A DNA stretch of 64,000 nucleotides from an uncultured Acidobacteriota bacterium (GTDB lineage: Bacteria; Acidobacteriota; Vicinamibacteria; Vicinamibacterales; UBA2999). How positions within the stretch are numbered: position 1 is the first letter of the stretch; each line of letters begins with the position of its first letter. The position numbers and the translations under genes are program-made. The stretch spans positions 11,213-75,212 of the forward strand of contig CAVTGK010000019.1 in assembly GCA_963734095.1 (NCBI GenBank). Reading direction: 5' to 3'. A model generated the notes under the pieces. The model was not told where the DNA came from. It ran no database searches and saw nothing but the letters and a program-made list of their open reading frames with translations. Shown piece after piece: positions 22,121-30,526 of this stretch.

Positions 22121-22237
22121 AGGCTTAGGGCGTAGGGCATAGGGCATAGGGCAGGGGCAGGGCAGAGGGCAGGGCACCGCCGGGCCGAGGCCCTATGCCC
22201 TCCCCTGCGCCCTATGCCCTATGCACTATGGGCTATG
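22121..22237. repeat. inverted (AGGGCAK)n / (MTGCCCT)n arrays; hairpin- and G-quadruplex-capable
   Basis: Left arm aggcttagggcgtagggcatagggcatagggcaggggcagggcagagggcagggcac (22121-22177). Right arm gccctatgccctcccctgcgccctatgccctatgcactatgggctatg (22190-22237). Confidence 0.9.
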
Positions 22238-22248
22238 AAAACTGACGT

Positions 22249-22590
22249 CTACGCGACGTTGCCGCGATTCGCTCGCGCGATCGCGTCCACAACGACCCAC
22301 TCCTTCGGTCGCGGCATCGCCATCGCGGCCGCGAATGGCGGGCCGCTCCATCCCCCGGCCTGATAATGCTCGGCGGCCAGTCGTGCCAGCCGCCGTGCCT
22401 TCGCATGACGACCACGCAGGCGATGGATCCGGGCCAGCCGCTCGTAGCGAGTCGCGAGGTAGAGGTGAGTGTCCGGAGTGAGCTCAGCGTCCCGGCCTAC
22501 GCGGGCCGCCCAAATCAGGACCTTCGCGCTCGCTAGATCAACCCGCAGCCTCCACGCCGAGTCGGTCGCTGGAGTCTTGCCCATCACCAC
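22249..22590 (-). CDS. hypothetical protein
   Basis: 113-aa ORF in an otherwise empty gap. The sequence is helical and R/A-rich with no motif I recognise. Support is only ORF length and position. Confidence 0.3.
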   Translation of the reverse strand: MVMGKTPATDSAWRLRVDLASAKVLIWAARVGRDAELTPDTHLYLATRYERLARIHRLRGRHAKARRLARLAAEHYQAGGWSGPPFAAAMAMPRPKEWVVVDAIARANRGNVA

Positions 22591-22664
22591 GATTCTACGC
22601 CGTGGCCGCGATTTCCTCGCGGCTCGGACACGTGGCGTTCGCCTTCAGGTGGAAGAGCGATGAC

Positions 22665-23033
22665 CTACAGAGTGGCCGCCACGGCGTGGCGCGGCTCGTA
22701 CAGCAGAACGGTGACGCCGCCGGGCAGATTCATCTCAATCGAGATGCCCCACCCTTCGTCTTCGGGCTCACCCTTGAAGGTTATGCCCTTGGCCTTCAGC
22801 TCGCGCACCGTCCGATTGACGTCGTCACACATGAACGAGACCTGGTGCCGGACGCCTGACTCGTAGGTGGGACCCTCGGCTGGATGCACGCCCAGTTCTG
22901 CCGGCGGGAGCTTGAAGATCAGCCATCCTTCTCCGGCATCGACGTGCTTGAACCCGAGCACGTCACGGAGAACCGCGCGGAGCGCCTCCGGCTCCGAGGT
23001 ATAGAACAGCATGTGAGCGCCAGTAATCGCCAT
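22665..23033 (-). CDS. VOC (glyoxalase/bleomycin-resistance/dioxygenase) family protein
   Basis: Intact 122-aa ORF: AHMLFYTSEPEALRAVLRDVLGFKHVDAGEGWLIFKLPPAELGVHP...VSFMCDDVNRTVRELKAKGITF.GEPEDEGWGI. Confidence 0.8.
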   Translation of the reverse strand: MAITGAHMLFYTSEPEALRAVLRDVLGFKHVDAGEGWLIFKLPPAELGVHPAEGPTYESGVRHQVSFMCDDVNRTVRELKAKGITFKGEPEDEGWGISIEMNLPGGVTVLLYEPRHAVAATL

Positions 23034-23073
23034 CGGTCACCTCTCCCTGTTGGGTCGTCCCGCTATTTCCCAA

Positions 23074-24435
23074 TCAACCACTCCGTCGAGCCTCGAGGAT
23101 CTTGATGAATGAGCGTGCCAGCAGTTCATCGTGTGTCAGTCCAGTCTCGCGCGCTTCCTCGATGGTGAGCGCACCAGAGCTCAAACCTCGAACGAAGAAG
23201 TTCAGCAACCCTTGCCCGGTCGCGGCATCGTCAAAGATATCGCCGACCAGCGTTGCCTGAGCCGCCTTGTCGATAAACGACCGCAGGCGCAGCGTGGCGG
23301 CCGGTCGAGCCGAGAGGAAGAATGTGTAGACGGCCGCATAGCGCGTGGGCAACTGGGCGGGATGGAGATCCCACCCCTGGTAATAGCCATTGACGAGCGA
23401 ATGCGATACGTCATCGAAGTGAGTCTTCCACGCCCGGTGGACGGCCTCGTGATTCTCGCGTTGTTGATTCGCCGAAAGAGGAACGCTGTCCGTCGCCCTG
23501 TGAACTGGTACCGGCATGACATTGGTGCCACCGTCCGACAGGCAGACACCCGTCTGCGCGAGGGCCACTTGCATGAGATGCCTGGCAAAGTCGCAGGCCG
23601 CGTGCCGCATGTGCTGCCACGCGGCCGTGATTCCGCACAACGCCGTGTAGTCGTAGGTGCCGAAGTGCGCGCCGACAACGCGGCCATCCCCCGCGGCGAC
23701 GAGCGAGCGCAGCGCCGACGTGCCGTCGATGGCGAGAATCGATTGCGGCGTTTCGATCATGATCTCGAGCCGAATGGACCGCGCTGGCAATCCGAGGCGA
23801 CGTTCGAGCAGCGCGCAGGCTCGCGCGACCGCTGACACATGCTCCGGCGCCATCACCTTGGGAATCGTCACGGCGAAGTTCGGCGGCAGCCGTTTGCCGG
23901 CGGACCGCGCGAGCGTGCCGACGAACCGATCGAGTGTTCGAAGGCTTCGAGCGTGCAGCTCTCCGGACATCGGCTTGATGCGAATGCCAATGTAGGGTGG
24001 GAGCGTCCCGCCCTTCAGTCCTCGGCTGACCTCTACCGCGACGCTTTCGGCGTGACCGTCCTCCTCTTGATTACTCCGGTTGCCGTAGCCATCTTCGAAG
24101 TCGATGCGATAGTCCTCAATGGGCTCTCGTCGCAGTTTCTCGACGATGCGCGAGCGAATGGTATCGGCGAGGGAGACGTCGGCCAGACCGATCGCGTGCG
24201 CAAGCGACGCGCCATCGGGGGCGTACTCGTCCAACGCCGCAATCGCCATCGCGCCCAGGCGCGGCGCGGTATCAGCCTTGAACAAATGCGCCCCGCCGTA
24301 AAAAGTGTGAACCGGTTGGCGATCGCCGCTGTCGCCCGGACATGCGCCCGCCACGCGGCGATTGGCACGCTGCAACGTCCTCAGGATCGGCTGGAGGTCA
24401 CGAGGGCTCAGCGTCGCTGATGTGTCACGAGCCAC
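23074..24435 (-). CDS. uncharacterised HpcH/HpaI-aldolase / citrate-lyase-beta (CitE)-like TIM-barrel protein
   Basis: Lower part of ORF 23074..24762. The GTG at 24435 overlaps the HIU hydrolase stop (GTGGCTCGTGA). Motifs [11 protein letters not shown] (acidic metal site), IGIRIKP and [11 protein letters not shown], arranged as in the CitE/malyl-CoA-lyase/HpcH fold. The family assignment is an inference from motifs only. Confidence 0.6.
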   Translation of the reverse strand: MARDTSATLSPRDLQPILRTLQRANRRVAGACPGDSGDRQPVHTFYGGAHLFKADTAPRLGAMAIAALDEYAPDGASLAHAIGLADVSLADTIRSRIVEKLRREPIEDYRIDFEDGYGNRSNQEEDGHAESVAVEVSRGLKGGTLPPYIGIRIKPMSGELHARSLRTLDRFVGTLARSAGKRLPPNFAVTIPKVMAPEHVSAVARACALLERRLGLPARSIRLEIMIETPQSILAIDGTSALRSLVAAGDGRVVGAHFGTYDYTALCGITAAWQHMRHAACDFARHLMQVALAQTGVCLSDGGTNVMPVPVHRATDSVPLSANQQRENHEAVHRAWKTHFDDVSHSLVNGYYQGWDLHPAQLPTRYAAVYTFFLSARPAATLRLRSFIDKAAQATLVGDIFDDAATGQGLLNFFVRGLSSGALTIEEARETGLTHDELLARSFIKILEARRSG

Positions 24436-24762
24436 GGTAAGTCGTGTACCCAAACGGGCTGAGCAGGAGCGGCACATGATAGTGCGCTTCACCCGGCAGC
24501 GTTTCGAAAACGATCGCGATGTGCGGATAGAACGTCGTGAGGCGCGCTCGATCGGAGACCGACGCGTATCGAACGTCAATCGATAGATTCCCGGAATGAT
24601 TGCGGCGCCAGTCGGCACCAAGGTGCGCAGGCGCCCGTCGCCGTCCGTCTCACCGCGACCGACGACCTCCCAGGTGGCATGTCCGCGGTCCCGTTCGAGC
24701 ACGACTGCGATCTGTGCGGCTGGTCGGCCTGTCGATGTGTCCAGCACGTGTGTGGTGATCAT
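24425..24762 (-). CDS. uraH: hydroxyisourate hydrolase (transthyretin-like), one frameshift
   Basis: [24 protein letters not shown]...GIYRLTFDT (top of ORF 23074..24762). A frame change near 24560 then gives ...[35 protein letters not shown] stop, the diagnostic HIUase C-terminus. Confidence 0.85.
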
Positions 24763-26134
24763 GGCCTGCTCGAACGCCGCTCAGTCAACAGACGGCCTCG
24801 CGGTTTTCCACGACTCTCTCCGTCGTGATACACGACTTCGCCACCCAGTAGCGTCGTCATCACTCGCCCCTGCAGTCGCCTGCCCGAGTACGGCGTGACG
24901 GGATGACGATGATACAGCGAGGCACCATCGACGATGGTACTCGAGGGCGGGATCCCAAATGACCAAATCCGCATCGCTACCGGCTGCTATCGCACCTTTG
25001 CAGGCGTCGAGTCCAGCAAGACGTGCCGGTTCCTTGGCGAGCCATCGGGCTGTTCGTTCGAGAGGCACGCCCCGTTCGAGCATGCCTGTCCATACGGCGG
25101 CAAGACCCAACTGAAGCGACGAAATGCCACCCCACGCGTCGAGGAAATTTCCCGTGTCGAGCGCCTTGAGGACGGGCGGCGCCGGAGAGTGATCGGTGGC
25201 AATCAGGTCGATGTCGCTCGTCACGAGTCCTTTCCACAAGCCTTCGCGGCACACGCTCCCACGAATTGGCGGAGCGCACTTGAGTGAAGTGTCGCCATCC
25301 CTGATCTCTTCCGCGGCAAACGTCAGGTAATGCGGACAGGTTTCCACGGTGACGCGCACGCCGTCGCGCCGGGCGTGCGCGAGATCGGGCAGGGCATCTG
25401 GCGTCGCGAGGTGCACGATATGCAACCTGACCTGATATTCCTTCGCGAGCCGTAGCAATAGATCGATCGCAGCGCGTTCGCTCTCGGGCGGCCGGCTCCT
25501 CAACCATGTCGAGTAGCGTCTGGGATCGGCACTCACCGCGCCGAGGGAATCACGAGGGTCCTTGAGCAGTGCCGGAAGCTCCGCGTGGACGAGCAGAGGC
25601 AGGTTGAGCGCGCGCTAACTCGGGCAGGGCGTCGCGAAGGTCCTGCTCGTTGACGTGTTCGAACTCCGCGACACCGGAGGGACTGAGAAAGCACTTGAAC
25701 CCGAGGACGCCCGCTGCGGCCAGCGGCGCCAACTGCCATCGATTGCCGGGGACCAACCCACCCCAGAACCCGACATCCACATGGCATTGGCCGGTTGCCG
25801 CGGCTCGCTTGGCCTCGAAGCCCGTCGTCGAGGTCGTGGCGGGAATGCTGTTGAGGGGCATGTCGACGAGTGTGGTGACCCCGCCCGCAGCGGCAGCCTT
25901 CGTCGCGTGTTCGAAACCCTCCCACTCGGCTCGCCCGGGGTCGTTGATGTGGACATGGGTGTCGACGAGGCCGGGAAGAACGACCAGTGAACCGACGTCC
26001 ATTTCGGGGATGCCGACTGCGGTATCGCTGTGCGACCCGATGCCAGCGATGAGTCCGTTCGCGATACGGATCGTTGCGGGCCGCATCCCGTCAGGCAGGA
26101 CGACGCGTTCGCTACGGACTAAGAGCTGCGACAT
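24759..26134 (-). CDS. allB: allantoinase (cyclic amidohydrolase), frameshifted
   Basis: Pieces in ORFs 25550..26134 (LPGLVDTHVHINDPGRAEWEGF..TKAAAAGGVTTLVDMPLNS), 24781..25536 (VRLHIVHLATPDAL..TVETCPHYLTF..KCAPPIR..IDLIATDHSPAP) and 24759..24974. The stop overlaps the uraH start (ATGA). Confidence 0.85.
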
Positions 26135-26156
26135 GAAGCAATGAACCTTAACCGTA

Positions 26157-26184
26157 GACCGTGGACCGTGGACCGTGGACCGAG
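26157..26184. repeat. (GACCGTG)x3+GACCGAG heptamer array
   Basis: gtagaccgtggaccgtggaccgtgga is identical over 26 nt to 3755-3780. It lies between the uricase stop and the allantoinase start. Confidence 0.9.
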
Positions 26185-26196
26185 GCCTGGTGCCGA

Positions 26197-27031
26197 TCAG
26201 CGCGTCAGCGTGGCTTCGATCAGCCCGTAAGGTTCTTCGGTCGCGACGAAAATCTCGTTGCGATTTTCCTTGCCGAATCGAGTCAAATCAATCGGCAGAT
26301 GATGCTTGTTCGGCATCACCAGTCGAATCGCCCTGACATCGTCTGACAGCTCCAATACCGACTGGCCCATGGCATACAACGTGTGTTGGACCGATTGACT
26401 GTCGTGCTCCGCAAAGGCTTCGAGCAGAGCCTGCCGAACGGCGTGCCAGCGTGGACCGAAGTCCGTGCCGACCCCAGCGTACTGCCAGGTTGCCGTGAGG
26501 GACGTCGCGAGCAGTCGATCGTGGGTCTCCGGCAGCGTGGTGTATTCGTCGCGCGGAAAGCCGGCAAACGCCGAGCCCGATGACTTCAGAATCGTGAGTT
26601 CGCTCACGCCGGCACCGACCGTGATTCGATCGCGGCCGGCTTGCACAGTCGCCAAGCGGGCCTCCTGGCCGCTCCGGATGAACGACTGTCCATGATTGCG
26701 GCCGCCGATGGCGATCGGCTGCCACGGATGCTCGGTAACATCGATGCGCACCTGGTCCAACTTGGGATTTCGCTCCAGGAAATGGTCGGCCAGCCGGAGG
26801 CCGAATGGCTCGGGATCGCCGAGCGGCAGATCGGCTGCCAATGCGTAGACCGTGTTCTTCATCGTGTCGGTCGGCAGAACGTCGCTATTGTCACCGTCGG
26901 TGAACGAAACACCGTAGTCGCCTTCAAATCGAATGGCGATGGTGAGATCCCGCAGGCTATGCTGGGTGGCGCGGCGGGTGACTTGGACAAGCCTGATACT
27001 GCGATTTGCCGTAGGCCGATTCAGCTAGCAT
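26197..27031 (-). CDS. uox: factor-independent urate oxidase (uricase), one frameshift near the 5' end
   Basis: ORF 26197..26862 (TDTMKNTVYALA..., FAGFPRDEYTTLPETHDRLLAT, LVMPNKHHLPIDL, EPYGLIEATLTR) extends upstream as IRLVQVTRRATQHSLRDLTIAIRFEGDY. With a frame change near 26995 it reaches MLAESAYGKSQ (ATG at 27031). It is collinear with bacterial uricases. Confidence 0.85.
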
Positions 27032-28083
27032 GACGAACTCCGAAGAAGGGACCGACGAACGAGTGGGCGCCGATCATAGCACCGCATCCTTCACGGCCCT
27101 CGCGGACCTGGCCTCGGCGCGTCTGGGCGGACGGGCGCTCGAAGCCTCGGACGAGTTTTTTGCATCGAAGTCGAATCTGCTCAAGCCGACGCAGGCGACC
27201 TTCATCCCAGACAAGTTCACATCGCGTGGCAAGTGGATGGACGGGTGGGAATCGCGACGCCGGCGTTCGCCGGGCCACGACTGGTGCATCATCCGGCTGG
27301 GCATACGGGGGGTGGTGCACGGGGTGAACGTCGACACTCGCTTTTTCACAGGGAACTACCCGTCGCACTGCTCGATTGATGCGATGGATGCGGAGAGGAG
27401 TGCGAAGCAGGGCAAGGGTTCGCAGGGATCCCGTGCTCAGTGGACCACGCTCCTCGACCGCACGGAGCTGCGCGGTGATTCGGACAATCTCTTCGCCCTC
27501 GCCGATCGGCGGCCGTGGACGCACCTCCGGCTCAACATCTTCCCGGACGGTGGCGTCGCCCGATTTCGCGCCTACGGCGAGGCCGCCATCGACTGGGCTC
27601 GCGTCGCCCGGTCCCGACGAGCGGTCGACCTCGCTTCGATCCTGAACGGTGGACTGGTCGTCGACGCAAGCGACATGCACTTCGGCGCGCGCGATAACAT
27701 CATCATGCCAGGACGAGCCAAGAACATGGGCGATGGCTGGGAGACGCGGCGTCGCCGAGGACCCGGGTTCGACTGGCTGGTGGTGCGACTCGGCACAACC
27801 GGGCTGGTCACGCGTGTCGAGATCGACACCAATCACTACAAGGGCAACTTTCCCGAGAGCGCGTCAATCGAGGGCGTGGTTTGCACCAGGGGCTCCTGCG
27901 GACGCCCTCGCCCAGGCGCGCTGGCACGAGATCCTGCCGCGTACGACGCTGCAGCCCAATCACCGGCACTACTTTTCGAAGAACCTCCAACAACGAGGAC
28001 CGGTCTCTCATGTCCGGCTCAACATCTTTCCCGACGGCGGCATCAGTCGGCTCCGCGTTTATGGAACCGTGGCAGCGTCTTGA
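27030..28083 (+). CDS. alc: allantoicase, one frameshift
   Basis: ORF 27030..28196 carries two allantoicase repeats (GKWMDGWESRRRR..GHDWCIIRLG; MGDGWETRRRRGPGFDWLVVRLG; NIFPDGGVARFRAYG). A frame change near 27890 leads into ORF 27649..28083 (RLNIFPDGGISRLRVYG). Confidence 0.85.
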
Positions 28084-28564
28084 TCTGGCAAGCGATGACG
28101 AGGCGCGCGCGTTGCTCACTTCCTGCTGCGCCTCAACGCGTTGGGCAGACCGCATGGTCGCCCGACGACCGTTCGGCAGCCGCACCTCACTCCTGACCGC
28201 GGCCACCGAAGAATGGAACACGCTCGGTCCGTCTGACTGGCACGAAGCGTTCAGCCAGCACCCGAAGATCGGAGACCGCCAGTCGCTGCGGGAGCGCTTT
28301 CCAACCACGCACCAGCTCTCGGAACGGGAGCAAGCTGGGTTAAGGGGGGCTTCGGAGCCAATGCTCGACGCACTCGCAGAGGCCAATCGCCGCTATGAAA
28401 AACGGTTTGGCTACATCTTCATCGTGTGTGCAACCGGCAAAAGTGCCGAGGAGATGCTGACACTGCTGGATCAGCGCCTGCCAAACGACGAGACCACCGA
28501 GCTTCGAGTCGCAGCCATGGAGCAGGAGAAGATAACGGCGATCAGGTTGGATGGGTTGCGCTAG
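28061..28564 (+). CDS. uraD: 2-oxo-4-hydroxy-4-carboxy-5-ureidoimidazoline (OHCU) decarboxylase
   Basis: ATG at 28061 within ORF 27881..28564. Motifs: CCASTRWADRMVARRPF, AFSQHPKIG, YEKRFGYIFIVCATGKSAEEML. Confidence 0.85.
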   Translation: MEPWQRLDLASDDEARALLTSCCASTRWADRMVARRPFGSRTSLLTAATEEWNTLGPSDWHEAFSQHPKIGDRQSLRERFPTTHQLSEREQAGLRGASEPMLDALAEANRRYEKRFGYIFIVCATGKSAEEMLTLLDQRLPNDETTELRVAAMEQEKITAIRLDGLR

Positions 28565-28595
28565 GCGCGCTCACACGCCAATCCGTGATCGGTTC

Positions 28596-29031
28596 TTAGC
28601 GGCGCTTCAGCCTCTCCCTCATGCCCATCAACCGATAGCTCTCACGTATCCATGCCTGCACTTCTGCATCGAGCTCGGCCGGGCGCGCAATGCGAAGCTG
28701 GTGCATCCACCAACCCGGCACAATCTCCTCGACCTTGCTGAATCGTCTGGAACGAACAGGCTTGGGCAACGCAAAGTTGCAAACCATCTCCGATTCGTTG
28801 AGTCGCGTAATCCCGGCAAATCGGACATGACCGAGAAAGGCGATTCGGGTCTTCGCCGGCGCGATGTGATACTCACCGCACGCGCCGATCATCTCCTCAA
28901 ACCGGTCGTACATCGCCCGCGCGTTAGGACCCATTCGTGCCTTCCAGTCGTCCAGCGTCGCAAGGCCGCACGAGTGCCGAGAGGTTCCGTGTCACGAACT
29001 TCGCGCCGCACTTCGGGCACGTCCACAGCGG
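28596..29031 (-). CDS. DUF5655 domain-containing protein with N-terminal zinc-ribbon, one frameshift; start unresolved
   Basis: ORF 28596..28934 (YDRFEEMIGACGEYHIAPAKTRIAFLGHVRFAG...WWMHQLRIARPAELDAEVQAWIRESY). The upstream minus frame reads WTCPKCGAKFVTRNLS.HSCGLATLDDWKAR and joins after removal of one base near 28975. Confidence 0.6.
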
Positions 29032-29056
29032 TGATGTTGATCCAGGTGATGATGAT

Positions 29057-29860
29057 CTAGGCGCCGGCATTGAGCGTCAGGGCCCGCAGCCCCGCCTCGA
29101 TGTATTCCGGTCGGTGGTGCTCGACACCAAACGACACGTCGAGCACGCCGCGGCACGCTGCCATGAAGCGCGCCCGCTGATGCACGCCAACGTCGATCGG
29201 ACCGTGATAGGCATCCAGAACGGCCGCCATCAGACGTTCGCCGCCCCAGTGAGAGATGCCTGCGAAATCGGTCGCTCGATCGCCGATTGCAACGTCGCTC
29301 CAATCGATCACGCCGGTGACACGCTGCGTCGCTGGCTCGATCAGTACGTGCTCGGCAGCAAAATCGTTGTGCAGCAGAACCATCGGGAGGTCCTGACCAT
29401 CGTCGGCGAGATCTGCCATTTCAATCCACGAGCGCCAGCGCTCGAGAGGCGCATCCGGCGACGTGATGGCAACCTTCGGAAACTCCACGAGCGCCTCCTG
29501 CCGCCGTGCATCGAGAAACGTTTCCATATCTTGCGCTTCTACGACGGCTGGCGCAATCGCCTGCAATGGCATCGCGTGAAGCCAGCTCAAAAAGCGGCCC
29601 ACCACAGGTGCGATGCGGAGCACCTCCGTATCGGATAGCGCACTCCGAATGGCCGGAATACCCGGAATTTTCGAATAGCCGGCGAATTGAAATGGAAACG
29701 CGGTGGTCGGACGACCATGAAAGCGAATCATCGGAATCGCCACCGGCGGGCCTGCCGAGGCGAGCGCCTCCAGAACTGCGCGCTCGGTCGCCATCTGCGC
29801 TTCGACATCGGCCCGCTTGGGGAATCGGAAGACAAGGCGCTCGTCGACCTCGAACGCCAC
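29057..29860 (-). CDS. aminoglycoside/choline-kinase-type phosphotransferase (APH family); N-terminus probably extends to about 29990
   Basis: 267-aa ORF with LLHNDFAAEHVLI (catalytic loop) and GVIDWSDVAIGD (metal-binding loop). The same frame stays open upstream (EAREVDAALAQRLVREQFPAIGAVTVNYLNEGCDS), but there is no ATG/GTG/TTG start there. Confidence 0.7.
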   Translation of the reverse strand: MAFEVDERLVFRFPKRADVEAQMATERAVLEALASAGPPVAIPMIRFHGRPTTAFPFQFAGYSKIPGIPAIRSALSDTEVLRIAPVVGRFLSWLHAMPLQAIAPAVVEAQDMETFLDARRQEALVEFPKVAITSPDAPLERWRSWIEMADLADDGQDLPMVLLHNDFAAEHVLIEPATQRVTGVIDWSDVAIGDRATDFAGISHWGGERLMAAVLDAYHGPIDVGVHQRARFMAACRGVLDVSFGVEHHRPEYIEAGLRALTLNAGA

Positions 29861-30001
29861 GCTATCGCACCCCTCGTTGAGATAGTTGACCGTGACCGCG
29901 CCGATCGCCGGGAACTGCTCCCGGACCAGGCGTTGAGCCAGAGCCGCGTCGACTTCGCGAGCCTCAAGTGATGAGCCCTCGGCGAATCGGAAATTCAGCG
30001 G

Positions 30002-30526
30002 TCAGGAGCGGTTCTGGCGCGTTCGGTTCTGAATGAGCCGAAGCAGCGCTTCATACCCGGAATCGGGTTGGGCACGATGCACCGCGTCGGCCTCTATCAG
30101 TTGCTCGGCAATCCGGTTCATGCCTTCGACCAAGGTCGGGCCGAACCCTCGTTGCACCTGGGCAACGTAGGCTTCCGCGTTCTCGCCGGACAATCGAATG
30201 CGCTGCGTCATGCGCGTTCCTTGGTCGGCCAGTGGGTCGAAGTGCCATTCGAACGACAGCAACGCCCCCTCGAGCAGGACCTCGACGACGAACGACCTGC
30301 CGGGCACGACGAGACCAATGACCCAGCGCAACGGATCCTGGCCGGGAATGAGGGTCGTGCCTCGCGCGCCCTCTACAAATGGTCCCTCGATCGAGAATCG
30401 CGCCGGCGGATCGTTCCAAGTCGATACGTCGGTGCGAATCTCCCAGGCGAAGTCTGGAGTCACTGCCACGTCAACCGAGTGCTCGAGCACGAGGCCGTCG
30501 CTACGCATGGGTTCGCGCCTCAACAA
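30002..30526 (-). CDS. SRPBCC (START/polyketide-cyclase-like) family protein
   Basis: Intact 174-aa ORF: LEHSVDVAVTPDFAWEIRTDVSTWNDPPA...SFEWHFDPLADQGTRMTQRIRLSGENA. The assignment is based on general family resemblance. Confidence 0.55.
   Translation of the reverse strand: MLRREPMRSDGLVLEHSVDVAVTPDFAWEIRTDVSTWNDPPARFSIEGPFVEGARGTTLIPGQDPLRWVIGLVVPGRSFVVEVLLEGALLSFEWHFDPLADQGTRMTQRIRLSGENAEAYVAQVQRGFGPTLVEGMNRIAEQLIEADAVHRAQPDSGYEALLRLIQNRTRQNRS

Noticed and set aside
22040-22125. The minus-strand reading CVFCGSSTGLDSAWRKLS after the upstream 17-mer copy looked like a second, better LOG N-terminus continuing into the IS.
   Set aside because: Beyond the duplicated 17 nt the match to LOG is only G-S-S and then hits a stop. 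The same DNA encodes the IS481-type transposase C-terminus on the plus strand. I treat it as coincidence plus target duplication.
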